Shown piece by piece: positions 38,447 through 51,721 of a stretch of DNA of 64,000 bases; the first letter of the stretch is position 1, and every line of letters starts with the position of its first letter. A program made the translations under genes and the position numbers. The stretch is from Octopus sinensis (Eukaryota). The stretch is taken from the NCBI RefSeq assembly GCF_006345805.1, contig NC_043008.1:1302001-1366000 (forward strand), given 5' to 3'. A model generated the notes under the pieces. The model made no database searches, was not told the origin of the DNA, and saw only the letters and a list, made by a program, of their open reading frames with translations.

Positions 38447-38580
38447 CTTGCACTGAGGAGAACAGTGATATATAATTAATTTAATTTAATCAAATTAATT
38501 TAATTTAATCAAATTAATTTAATTATTCTACCATGGCTTTGCATGATTTTATATCGCTGTTTCAAACGATCGTAAGCATG
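38447..38580 (+). ncRNA. decayed hammerhead at the 3' end of the second PLE fragment
   Basis: CTGAGGA (38453-59); stem II GAACAGTGATAT/ATATCGCTGTTT; CAAA in place of GAAA; the same ACGATCGTA stem III and triplet as at 37168; stem I only partly paired; 19-bp tandem repeat in loop II. Confidence 0.6.
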
Positions 38581-39410
38581 AATTAAAATTCTTGCAAATT
38601 TTAACATCTCGTCTCCATTTTTAACAAATGTTTTGAGTTTTATGGGATACCTTTCCATAAATTCGTAAACTTGACACAATATAACTCTGAAATATTCCCG
38701 GGTTATTAATACCAGTTAAGTGAACGACGCCAGTAAACTTTGATACATCATGAAAATAGCAAAATTATAAGGTGACCATGATAACCGTTACAATATAAGT
38801 TGCAAAGCAAGTATAAAATCATGAATATACTGAACATGGTCCGCCCTATGACAAATCATATATTTCGAACTTGCACATTACAGAAGCATATTCTCAGTTT
38901 TTCAAAAATGTGACATTGTACAAATATATTTGAACTGAAATGTATAATAGGAGCACAAATTTTTGATATCTTCTTCACTCAAAGAGAAACAAAAGAAAAA
39001 AAAGGGAGATTAGTCTTATAGTAGTTGACGTTCCAGCTCAACAGTTGCGTGTCAGAGACAAGTCAGAAATTATCACCAAAATAATGAAATTCTCTTAACG
39101 AATATTCAATAGAATCATCGAAACTGCTTGATATTTCATAACGAAGACAATCGCCAAATACAACAAGTATTCTTATGAAGGCTTTCAGGGAAAGTTTCTA
39201 AAAAAAAACTCAGGAAAAGAGCTAACGAGAGGTAGGGACATAAGACAGTATCACCTGCATATATTAAATAATTTCAAATGACGATATGCATTGACAATAT
39301 TTCTCAAGGCCATGAAGATAAAGCACGCAGCCATCCACACACTCTAACATGCAGCATTGACACAAACGTGCACATTCATGCATACATTGGACCACACACA
39401 CATAAGCATA

Positions 39411-39457
<47 letters not shown>

Positions 39458-39925
39458 AACAGGCATACATATATGTATATACACATGCATATACACGGGT
39501 TGAGACACACACACACTCTCACATGCACGTAGATATATGTATATAATACCATTATTCATGAGAATTTGTATGTCTATATTTAAATTGATATCAGAATATC
39601 TCGACCAAAACTAATAATGCATTTGTACCTTTGTCTTAAATACAAAGAAAATAATTAATTAGATCGATACCATAATATTTCCTATGAAATCCGCGGCTTT
39701 GATTCATTAGTTGATTTCGCGTACATCATCTTCAATGCATGCATGATTTAGCACGAGAGACTGAAACGTTTGCATGAACAAAGGAAGTAATTCAAATAAT
39801 TTACCTAATGTTTCACTATTCAGCCAGGTGCACAGAAGCGTACATTCCTACATACATATAAGTATGTATGAACATATATATACACCCATATACCTATCAA
39901 TTAATCTCTCTCTCTGTATATATAG

Positions 39926-40016
<91 letters not shown>

Positions 40017-40355
40017 TGGATATATATATATATATATGCATGAATATCAGTGTGCATATGTATATTTATCTGAATGGATGTGTGTCTCTTTCTGTATGTG
40101 CATCATAATCTTTTTCGCAATATCCGCTTTACTATCTCATTCTCCTCGTTCGTAGTTATTCTACAAGATTAAGCAACTACAAAAGTATGCTCGCGCACAC
40201 ACATTGCACAGAACCAATCGAGCATATTCATGCAGATACACGATTTTTTCTAACCCCTCCCATCTCTCTCTCCCTCTCTCTTTCTGCAGATTACACAGTT
40301 TGGCATTTGTATAATTTCGTAATTTGTCGTTTCTGAGTTTCTGCAATTTCGCACG

Positions 40356-40359
<4 letters not shown>

Positions 40360-40387
<28 letters not shown>

Positions 40388-40427
40388 TCCTTCTTTCTTC
40401 CTTTCTTTCTTTCTTTCTCTCTTTCTT
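40360..40427. repeat. (CTTT)n microsatellite
   Basis: Directly visible. Confidence 0.9.
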
Positions 40428-43400
40428 TATACACACACACACATATATATGTATATATCCATGCGTGTAACTATGCCTGTACGTATGCATATGTGCATGC
40501 ATGAATATATATATGTATGCATGTATAAAATAATAACACAAATGGGCAAAACGCTCACTATAGCCGTGTGAGAGGCGCTTGTAATTGATGAATCATTCGA
40601 TTACATCAGGAAATGAAACGTGCTCGCTTCAAGTGAATTAATTATATATAATTTGGTACGGTGAAAATATCCCTAGATGCTTACAATGTTGGTCGAACCC
40701 CTTATTCCGGCGTCAATTAAGAGAGCTACAAGAAAAAAAAAACACTTATTTATATCTCTTGTTTTATCCACCAAAACTTATGAGTAGGACACACGTTGTC
40801 GTAGGTTTTAAGTCAATCAATCAATCGATCAATTTATCTACCACTCAATCAGTCACTCCATCAATCTATACACACACACGCACACTCACAAGCACACACA
40901 TATATACATATATAGATTTATGTACATATGCATATATAATCCTTCCGTCTTACACAGTTACTTCAAATTATTCAGTTACTTCAAGCTTTATCGCTACAAA
41001 AAGAATATGTCTCTCTTTCTCTCTTCCTTGACTCTCTATCATATGTGTGTGTGTGTGTGTATGTAAGCCTGTATGCATGTGTATTATGAATGTGCGTATG
41101 TATGTATATATGTTATGTATGTGCATGTGTGTATGTATGTATGCATATATGTATGCGCTCGCGCGCGTATATGCAGATGATATCTGTTGATTTTACAGAA
41201 TGCATAATTCCGAATTTGCATAATTCCGTTAAAGTAAATCATGTACATATATTTTGTTGACTAGTTATTATTTTATAATGTTGATGCTTCCTTTTGTGAA
41301 GCAGATAATGAAATGCTTTTCTAAGTAAGATTTTTATAGCAGAATTGTATGCACCTCTGGATATTCAGGATCACTTTGCATTTATAGTATATTTTAGTGT
41401 GTCTTTCGTTGGGTGCAATATGTGACAATTCTTATACCTACATGTAAATATCAATATTTCATTGTGTCTAAATTCTTTGATCAGCTACACTAATTATCAA
41501 ATTAAAGAATAAACGGATTTATTCCTAAAATTATTTTCGTTACTCGAATTTTAAGTGATTTTGCTACGAGAGTCAGAAATATATAATATTGTAGGATACA
41601 ATGTAGAACTACATAATGTATTGTGAGTGCTACCTTGTCAATATATCATCAAAACTACGAGATGTATTAGTCGAAAGGGGCAGTTTAATACATCATATAC
41701 GAAGAAACAATTCCTTTATTTGCAAAAGAGAACTGTGCAAGAGCATTCCAAAGTTCTCGCTTGCAGATCGTTTCTATTGCACAATGCCAGTAAATGTCGA
41801 TGTAAATACAAACTAAGAAGCGCTTCATACAAATATAATAATCGCTAGCTTGTTTCAACCATTTGTATGGTATGCCAAATCACTTTCAAAGACGTGTCAG
41901 GACATACGTCGAGAGCTTTGGATATCATATATTTTTTCAAGAATTGTTCATAAAACAGAATCTTTTGTTCTTTCCTGCATTTAATTTCATTATAACTACA
42001 GCTTATATTGCTCCCTGCTGGGGGAATTTATCGGTTTCCTTTAAACGTTACAGTATAAATCATTCAGTGAAATTCATCGGGTTATACATGGAGATAATAT
42101 TTTCCAATTACCCATCTTATTTTATTTATCCAGAAGCCCTAATATCTCCTACGCTCAACTGTTTTCATAACACACGTGAAACATCATTGATTTTCCTTTA
42201 GTGCTACCATCTCTTCTTTTTCTAAGACATTTTACTCCAATCCCAATATCATTGAGAGTAATGCTGATTCATGTTGTTATATTCATTTACGCATCATGGG
42301 TACCTGTTACTTAACGTCATGTCCATTCAATAGAATGTATCCTTGAACATTTACCCTCTCCTTTTGCATAATATACGTTAATTTCATTCATTCGCAACTC
42401 TTAGTCTTCTATTGAAGACATTTGGAGTGAATTCATTCTGCAATCGTTTTCTCTAAATTAATTTCCTGTGAGTCTTATGGAAATTAAGTTTGTTCAAATT
42501 TCGAGTTGCTCTCGTGAGAAGCTGCATCTCAGTATCGCTAGGTGTGTGCATTGTAACTTCCCCCCATCTTATGTCCAGGGTTCTTAGTGACAATTTCACA
42601 TCGGGGATGAATACTTTAATTATTGTAAAGTAGTGACTCGGTTGACTATTACATCTGTTCGAAAGACTATAACGCATCCATGAACATCATGTGTGGGTAG
42701 TCAACCTGATATTACTTTGCCACAATTTTTTGGTGAGATTGAAATCTTCTATCCATTTCAGGTTTTATTTTCTTTTTTAAAATCGAAAAAACCTACTAAT
42801 ATGTTAATCGTATACCATACGCAAATCATGTTACATAATATGCAGCTGAGTAAAATATTGTTCATATAAAAAACAATGATTTATTGATAAGTTATTCAGG
42901 TACAAGTATCTGCGTGCGCATATGTTCACAGACGTTGCTGAAAAATATATCCTGAAGCATCTTGTGTACAAACATAAAGGGGTTTGGTTTTGACATTTTA
43001 CACGAGTAACTCAGACATAAAAAAGCGCTTCATGGACCTTTGGACCATGTATATGAACATACATGTGCGAGTATATGTGTTTATGTATGTATGTATGTAT
43101 GTATGTATGTATGTATGTATATATATACATGCATACATAGATGTGCGTGTGTGTGTATGTGTGCTTATGTATATGCATGTGTCTGTGAGTGTATGTGCCT
43201 TTCTGAAAGAGTGTGTCCCCCACCACCGCTTGATGAAAGGTGCTAAATGACAAATGAACAGGTACGCAAAACATCTAAATAACACCACTACACTATACGA
43301 AAAGGCACACAACACATATGGACAGCTGGAAGCCATGAATAACGCCTGCTGCAACAACACGTGCCAAAATAGAAAGGTCTCGAAGAAGAGTAGACTCAAT

Positions 43401-44400
43401 TTCACAACTAATAATAGCCACCTAGCGTAAGGCAGTATCAATGGTAGTTCCAGAGCCGATCGTTATACATCAAAACTTCAACAAAGCCGAAAACCACATC
43501 AAAATTTAAGATCGAACTCCCATCGAGTCTAGAATCCTCTCTCTGCAAGATTTCGCTGAAACGAGTTACTGTACAACCGCCATCATCGAAGGAATTTTCG
43601 ACTATAATTTCCAAAAGCTCAGATTTTCAGGCCAAGTATAAATATTCAATGCAATCAAGTTTGAGGACCAGTGTATTTGCCTTTGGCTATCTGACCTCTC
43701 TAATTTTCTTCTATGAAATAGTTGTTCCGCCAACCGCAATAAATTGTATGATGCAACTTACTTCATTTGTGATATTCAACCCCCTTACTTGATTTATACG
43801 TGTATGTATGCGTATGTGCGTATAGATAGGCGAAGAGAGAGAAAAGAAATACCTACCCCCAGCTGCTTTCACTGCAATTTTTTCCCACATTCGAGTGCAC
43901 ACAAACATATTAAACATAAACCTGGACAGCTATATATTATTTCTCGCTGTTTACTGTGACACTGGTTAAGAGATTCCAGCCTAACAAAGCTTCTCACATG
44001 TCAAGAAATTCATTAATTTCTCTTTAGATATAAAGTAGTTCCTTGCGTGCTATGAACGACGGATGCGGTGCCAGTTGCAGATGAAGCTTATCTCTGCAAA
44101 AACCTGTGACCTATAATCCGATGATATTATTCAAAACCCAGCGCTATGTGTTTTGCACACATGTTGTCTATAAAGTGAATTTCTCTCCTTGTTTCTACAG
44201 CAAAGGCCTTATTTTACGTTCGAGTTTACATTTAATGGTTAAATATAACTGTGCACAGGTATATCTTAATCGTGTATGCTTAGTGTTCCTTTAAAACACA
44301 CACTCACACACACACACACACACACACACACAACACACATGCGCACACATACGAGTGCGTTTGTGGGATGGGGGTATGTAGATATGCAGATGCATATATA

Positions 44401-45284
44401 TTGGGTCATCTCATAAATAAGTTTATCATACTTTTATTTTTCAAAATTAAGATAAGTTCTATCTAACATATACCCTCCTCATTTTATACAATGCTCGTCC
44501 ATCCATCTGATAGACTTGCAACGCCTTCGTCCAAAGTTCACTCGTCTGCGACAAAAAAATACTTCTCCAAAACTGTCCTGACCTCGACTACAGAATTCAT
44601 TTTTTTTTTCCATCCAAATTATTTTAAGAGTGCACAATAAATGATAATCAGATGGGGCTATGTCCAGCGCATATGGTGGGTGGTGCATTATTTCCCATTC
44701 AAACTACTGCAGCCTTTGGAATGTCATCCCTTGCTGTACGGAAGCGAGATGTATGTGTTCTCCTGAGAGATCACCTTTCGTCTTGAAACCAAAGATGGTC
44801 GCAGTTTTCTCCTGGAGCGCTGACTTGAATGAGTGTTTGAAAGACCAAATGAAAAATTCCTTGATAGTTCCTCAACTGTTACGCTGGATTTTGTCTCATC
44901 AGCGTTTGCGGGACGTCCTCGTCGAGCTCTACAAATCTCCCAGGACGAGGCTTGTCTTCTAGGCTGTCATTTCCGCCTCAAAATTTCTGGAAATACCGTT
45001 GATACTGCCTTACACTTATTGTTCAACCGCCATATATTGCATTAATTTTCCTCATATTATCTGTTCCGCTGTTCCTTTTATTGAACTCATAATATAGTTT
45101 TGAAATATAGCTTTGAAAAAAAATTAAAATCGAACTGCACTCTTCAAACTTTGCACTAAGAATAAGTACAATGTAAAATTACTAGATGCTTTTATATAAA
45201 GTTAATGCAGGTAGTTTATCCTGTCCCCTTCCGACTTTTAGTTCATGAAATTGAAAAATCCGCAGTATTTAGGGGATGACCAAA
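44401..45284 (-). mobile_element. internally deleted mariner (D,D34D) element with both TIRs and TA flanks
   Basis: TIRs TTGGGTCATCTCATAAATA and reverse complement TTTGGTCATCCCCTAAATA, with TA on both sides. The minus strand encodes N-terminal YEFNK...SLEDKPRPGR...ELDED and C-terminal HPPYALDIAPSDYHLL. Confidence 0.9.
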
Positions 45285-45932
45285 TATAAACGTACACGCA
45301 TACACAAATGCGTATTTATTCGATTTAACTTTTTTTCTTTTTCGTATATAAAACATAGGCTTTTGTTGGACTTACAAACGATAACTGAAAATGTCTCAAC
45401 AAACTAAGAATTCGAGTGTATTGATTTCTTATTTTTGCTAATATACACTTCGGCCTACTTTTCGTCCTTTATTCTTTATCATTACCTACATTTCAATGAA
45501 TAAAGATTAGGCTATTATAGTAGTTAATTTTGTTAAATCGAATCTGAAAATGACATTTCCTTTATTCACTAAGAGCAAATACCAGTCTTATGGCTCACTA
45601 CGTTTGTAGGTCAGAAACAGTTTCAACAATGTATCAATGTAGTTGCATTATATGAAGAATTTTACTGAACAGATATTTAGTGTGACATTATGTTAAATAT
45701 AAAGTGATTTCCATATTTCGTATCTGAAAAGTAACTTCTAGCTACATAGACATTATACCTGAATCACGCTAAACTCTATTAGAATAGAATTCAAGGATTT
45801 TCAGAATGACTTTGCATACATGAATTCCTAAACGAAGGCACAAAGCCAAATACGTACACTTGTACAAAAGCCTTTTATATATGCACACATTACTGTGCAG
45901 AAAACACACGTATATGTATATATATATCACCC

Positions 45933-45978
<46 letters not shown>

Positions 45979-46733
45979 CGTGTATATATACATACATACA
46001 TATATATATATACACATAATATATATATATATAAATAAATAAATATATATATATATAATATAATATACATATATATATATACACATAATATATATATATA
46101 TATAATATATACATAAGGGCAGAAAACATTGTGGCATCTGTAATTCCGAACTTTTTCATATTTTGTTCGCCAAAGTCCCTTTAATAAATACAGTCGTCGA
46201 GAGGTCATACAGGTGCATGCACTGGAAAAACACATATTTCACTCATATGAATAATGATTAATATAGATAACCCCTTGAATTTTAATTAATATAACTTCTT
46301 TTTTTATATATGTCACCCCCATAGTCATAAACATTTTTTTTATACTTTCAAGGAACTACTACCCAATCCAGTGAGGTTGTTGCCTTAGTCCCTATACCTC
46401 GCCCTCCTCTTTCTCTCTCTTTCTCTCTCTATTTCCCTCTTTCTATAGTAAGCACAATCAAACACACATGCACTCATTCACAAAAGAAATTAACAAAATC
46501 CACCATTCATATGACCTGCACTCTTTCACCTTCCTATTCTTTTGCCTCTCTCCTCCAACTTAGTTTGAACCCTTGAACCTTTAGAACCTTCTAGATTCTT
46601 CTACTTTCAACCTCTTTGACGTCACTCTTTATAAAGGAATATTTTAAACAGATACTCATTACCGCTATGGGCTCCGTGTGAGCAATCATCTAAACGTTTT
46701 TTTTGCATTTTGATGTTGACATAAGTTCCTTGC

Positions 46734-46816
46734 TTTTCCTGATGAGAAAGCGGCATAATGTACTCCTCATTCCTTCGCAATTAGGAATATGCAGCCTTGG
46801 AAACATATGTCGAAAA
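46734..46816 (+). ncRNA. type I hammerhead ribozyme with GUC triplet
   Basis: Stem I TTTTC/GAAAA; CTGATGA (46739-45); stem II GAAAGCGGCATA/TATGCAGCCTTG (9 of 12 paired, closing G.G mismatch) with inner TTCCT/AGGAA; GAAA (46800-03); palindromic ACATATGT; GUC, cut after 46811. Confidence 0.75.
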
Positions 46817-46938
46817 TAAAGGAATTTTGTTAATTCGTCGTTCAGCTGTATTCTTAAAATATATACACATATATACATAATATATACAAAATATATACAC
46901 ACTCATATATATATATTTATATAATATACATATAATAT

Positions 46939-46984
<46 letters not shown>

Positions 46985-47117
46985 ATATTATAATATATAT
47001 ATACATATTTATGACTTGTGTATAAGATTTTAAAATTACGAACATAAAGTACTTATTTAACATAATATAGAATATGAACATACAGAAGCAAATTAATATT
47101 TATGCACACACACAGAC

Positions 47118-47165
<48 letters not shown>

Positions 47166-47923
47166 TATGTATATATAGGAGTGAGAGTCCTCGTAAGTGC
47201 ATATGTTCTTATTGTTTTACTCGTTATGTCTTGCAGTCTGAACTACTCTAATGCTAAGCGGTTAAATTGTAAATATGTTATTTTATTTTACTGAACTTCC
47301 GTAGTGAATGAGAAAACGAATTGACATGACTGGTTTTTTAACCCCCTTATGATTTTAAAGATACCTTTTTATGAAGTGTTGTATGGCTTATTGAAATAGT
47401 ATTAATACCGCATTAGTACAATTAAAATGCTTATCATGGCTGAGCTAATAAATAGTTACGACAAATTTTCATGTTTTACTATCTAACTACTTCAGCTGTA
47501 TTTGTCGACATTGTAGTACATGTTGCATTCATGTCGAACAAACGCTGTTCGTGTATGTGCGTGTGTGCGCGCCTATGTGTTCCTGGTACTTCATTTCATA
47601 ATTTTGTTTATAAAGAAGGCAGCTAGGGGTTGTAGGCGTCGTTATAGCTTCATTACGAGCCTCAATGAACGAATGAAACACTACCAAAAATCTTAGAGAC
47701 GCTGCCGGAAGATTATTGAAATGGTTTATATATAAACTGGCTTGCGTTAAATTGTATACATTATAGGACAAATCAGAGATGGCGAACATTAACTAATCGG
47801 GGAAAACTTATTCATAATGCATTCGGAGTTGGAGCAAATGAATAACGTTCAGCTGCTAGTGTTTCGGAATTTTTGTGAAGAGAAGAGTAAAGATTACATG
47901 GAATTTCTGTCATTTATAAATCG

Positions 47924-47965
<42 letters not shown>

Positions 47966-48188
47966 GTATGTCTGTGTGTGTGTGTGTATGTGTGTGTGTG
48001 TGTGTGCGCGCGCGCGCGTGTGTGTAATATTAGGGAATATGATTCCAAACTGACAGGGAAAAAGTCAATTTAGTAATACTAAATAAAATTTCACAATTTA
48101 TAATACATGTATATAAATTAGAGAAGAACCACCATGAAGCAATTCAAAAATAAAGTACTAAATAACAAATAAATAGTATATTAGTAAA

Positions 48189-48272
48189 TAGACTACACGT
48201 GTTTCATGCTATATTTTCAAATTGATAACGGTAAACCAATTTATTTTAAATATAGTCACTCATCAGCTGTAA
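48189..48272 (-). ncRNA. type I hammerhead, intact core, weakened stem I
   Basis: Minus strand: CTGATGA (48266-60); stem II GTG(A)CTATATTT/AAATATAGCAT plus inner AAATTG/CAATTT; GAAA (48205-02); palindromic ACACGTGT; GUA. Stem I TACAG/GTCTA has two mismatches. Confidence 0.7.
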
Positions 48273-48353
48273 GATAAAAACAATAAAATAATTAAATAAA
48301 TGCACCTATATTATCTTATAAGAAAAGATAAATATATATATATATATATATAT

Positions 48354-48389
<36 letters not shown>

Positions 48390-48562
48390 GATACGTAATT
48401 TCGCAATAAAAATCGAACAAAATTCAACAATATATCTTAAAATAAAAACATGACTTCTTTCTAAAACAATATTGTTGAAATTTGTTTGATTTGTATTGTA
48501 AAAATATTGATTTCTATATTGTTATTTGTTTATTATAAGTACCGATACGTATATTTATTTAC

Positions 48563-48585
48563 TTATTATTATTATATTATTATTA

Positions 48586-48652
<67 letters not shown>

Positions 48653-48653
48653 A

Positions 48654-48703
<50 letters not shown>

Positions 48704-48720
48704 GTTATTATTATTATTAT
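48563..48720. repeat. (TAT)n array
   Basis: Directly visible; source of poly-Y and poly-N ORFs. Confidence 0.95.
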
Positions 48721-50419
48721 AATATATATATATATATATATGCAAGAGGATTTGAAAATGTAGAGGTCTTTTAAACATGTTTATTTACTTCATCTCCATT
48801 CAAATTTAAATATGTTTGTTTCCAATCTCTGTCTTTCAACCTGCCTCTCTGTCTCTCTCGCCCTCTCTATCCCTCCACTCATCTCCCTATACACACATAC
48901 ACACAGACAGACACACACACACGCATACACCCAATCGAACATTTGTATAACCTGAAAAAGGTTTTTGTCAGAGCAAATTATACGATGTAAGTACAACCTT
49001 GAGAATGAGATATGAGTAAAGGGGTTTCATTACGCAACGGATTAAAGGGGTCAGCTGAAGATTTCCTCGAATCGCTCATAAACCATGTAAAGGGCATCGA
49101 GAGTACCAAAATTGTATTTAAAAACTTTTTTTTAATCCTACTAATATATAACATTTCCTTTGTTCTATGTAACTACTTTCATCCTTACTATCAAATATTT
49201 CCTCTTTCTAAAAAAGTATTTTCCCCTCCATCATATGCAGCATTACGTGAAATATATATCCACTTTTAATATGTCCACGATTTACTGATAAAATAACATG
49301 AGAAGAAAGTCTAATAAGTCTAATCTTATTCATTGCAACGCTTCCAGTGAACGCTACGTCGCGTTTGTCAGTGTCCTACTATATTGATTTTTACAAACAA
49401 CTCTATTTGAAGTATGTTTCTAAACGAAAAAGGAAAAAAAAATCTCAGTGAAGATTTATAAACTTCTGCACAACTAATCCTATAGATGCGATTTTAGGTA
49501 TTGTTATTTGTATCAACCATTTTTGTGTTTTTGTTTACCTTTCTGCTTATGGTAGTGATTCATTCGGCAACTGTAAAGATTGATAAATACATTCAAGGAT
49601 TTCAATAGAACAATGAAACAAACATGACAAGTATTCGATAAGTATTCAGCCATCGTAATGATAAAAGGAATCTGAAAATGTTTTATATGGACATTGTCTT
49701 GGAAATCGAGGTCAATCAATTGAGGTAGTACTGTTCTATTGTTATTAGCATAGGTAAAATGTGCAAGTATTACAACATATATCAAATCCTGTACTATTCC
49801 GATACACTGTCGATTTAAGACCCTAATACAAAAAATAAAATGCAACATTAAATTTTCTCTAACTGCGCATCTCCCCTTTGGCAGCCTCTCAAGTGAGCGA
49901 AAATTTAAGATCATATTATTCTCCATATCTCTCTTTGAATCTTTGTGTCTGTGTCTCAGACGCCTCGTTTTTGGCTCTCTCCCTCTATTTACATTATATA
50001 ACGAACGTTTTATTTTTTGTGAAATTATTTTTATACAATTATCTTCCCTTATAGCGTACTTTTCCTTACAACACACTTTTCATTGATTCCATCTTATTTT
50101 TCATTGACTTCACTCAGTTTCTACATTTATTGTTTATCTTATAATCACTTTACAACCCAAACGCAGTATTATTGTTTTTTTTCTTCTTGTTATTATCTTA
50201 TGTAAATTCGTTCAGCATTGCTTCTTTTATGTCTGCAATTTCCCTTAGATAATATTTTAGCCACATTGTTTTCTGTCCTGGATGTTCTTCTTTCTTCACA
50301 TAATTTGCATCTCTATATATATGTATATGTACATATATGTGTGTATGTGTGCGTGTATGTTTGTGTGTGTGTTTGTATGTGTGTGAGTATGTTTATGCAT
50401 ATACATACATACATACATA

Positions 50420-50458
<39 letters not shown>

Positions 50459-50592
50459 ATCATATAATTAAGGGCTAAAGAGGGTTAATCTAAAGCCAAT
50501 ACACTGATTTATCCACTTATAATCCGCTTGCTACAGGAGAATTGAAAACTGAAAACGGGCAACTAACCTTTAGAAAATTTAAATTTCGTTAT

Positions 50593-50654
50593 CTCTATAT
50601 TGAATCAATTTCGGAATTAATCTTATAAAAAGATATATTCTTTCTTCAGTAGAG
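50593..50654 (-). ncRNA. type I hammerhead, copy 1
   Basis: Stem I CTCTA/TAGAG; CTGAAGA (50649-43); stem II GAAT/ATTC plus ATCTT/AAGAT with non-canonical closing; GAAA (50612-09); stem III ATTG-ATT-CAAT; AUA triplet, cut between 50598 and 50597. Confidence 0.7.
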
Positions 50655-51084
50655 CTTTCGATGGGATATAAATAAAATACTCACGTATGATCATGGAAAA
50701 AGCACACGCTAAAAACATAACTACACTTGAGTACATCACTTATACCTAAAAATAAAAATTCTTTGGTCAGCATCAGAAACAACGTCTTGACCTTTCGCCG
50801 CTACAAATTGTAATGGTTACCGGTCCTCCCGTAGCAAGCAGCGAGTTTACTACTAACAATATAGGATGAAGTCCCTTTCTCTACAGAAAAGGAATCCATC
50901 AGGAAGCGTGGGCAGTATATTTAAAAAAACCGTTACGGTTGAAGTATAAACATCATATAATTAAGGGCTAAAGAGGGTTATTCTAAAGCCAATACACTGA
51001 TTTATCCACTTATAATCCGCTTGCTACAGGAGAATTGAAACTGAAAACGGGCAACTAACCTTTAGAAAATTTAAATTCCGTTAT

Positions 51085-51146
51085 CTCTATATTGAATCAA
51101 TTTCGGAATTAATCTTATAAAAAGATATATTCTTTCTTCAGTAGAG
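51085..51146 (-). ncRNA. type I hammerhead, copy 2
   Basis: Identical to copy 1, offset 492 nt. Confidence 0.7.
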
Positions 51147-51197
51147 CTTTCGATGGGATATAAATAAAATACTCACGTATATATATATATATATATA

Positions 51198-51560
51198 GGC
51201 AACTAAGTTCCCGCAGTGTTTTAAATTTAAATTTTTTAAAAGGTTTAATAAAAAGTAACAACTAATTAATCAATAATGTATTCACCCTTGATGTTTACAA
51301 CTTCTTTCCAATGTTCAACAGGGTTTTCAATATCTCATTGGTAGAAATCACCCGATTTCGACTTGAAAAATTGATACAACCAAGCTCTCAATTCTGAATC
51401 AGTATTGAACGAAAGTCTGCGCATATCATTTGAAAGAGTTCGAAGGTGGTGGAAATCCGTTGGTGCCAAATCAGCAGAGTATGGCATATGTGGCAGCACT
51501 TCACAGCCATGCGTCTGGATGGCTTGCTTTCTCATATTGGCGATAACAATATCAGTGACT
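51198..51560 (-). mobile_element. mariner 3' fragment with TIR
   Basis: ORF 51335-51583 contains GCEVLPHMPYSADLAPTDFHHLRTLSNDMR...FFKSKSGDFY (HPPYSPDLAPSDFHLF motif); terminus GGCAACTAAGTTCCCG abuts (TA)n. Confidence 0.85.
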
Positions 51561-51565
51561 GCCAT

Positions 51566-51705
51566 CACCATCTGCATCATCAATCATCATCATCATCATC
51601 ATCAAAATCATAATCATCATCATCATAATCATCATCATAATCATCATCATCATCATGACCACCACCGCCGCCATTATCATTATCGTCGTCGTCGTCATCA
51701 TCATC
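51566..51705. repeat. (CAT)n-rich array
   Basis: Directly visible; source of the poly-His ORF 51405-51755. Confidence 0.9.
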
Positions 51706-51721
51706 TTCATCTTTATTTTCA

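Larger units (their letters stand above)
50452..51180 (-). mobile_element. retrozyme-like non-autonomous element: two direct repeats of about 236 bp, each with a hammerhead
   Basis: 50452-50688 and 50945-51180 differ at only three positions seen (two substitutions, one 1-bp indel); about 256-bp unique spacer; (TA)n outside both ends. Confidence 0.85.

Noticed and set aside
41560-43700. Coding-looking unique stretches (also 57200-57900)
   Set aside because: All frames are riddled with stops and no diagnostic RT or transposase motif could be read.
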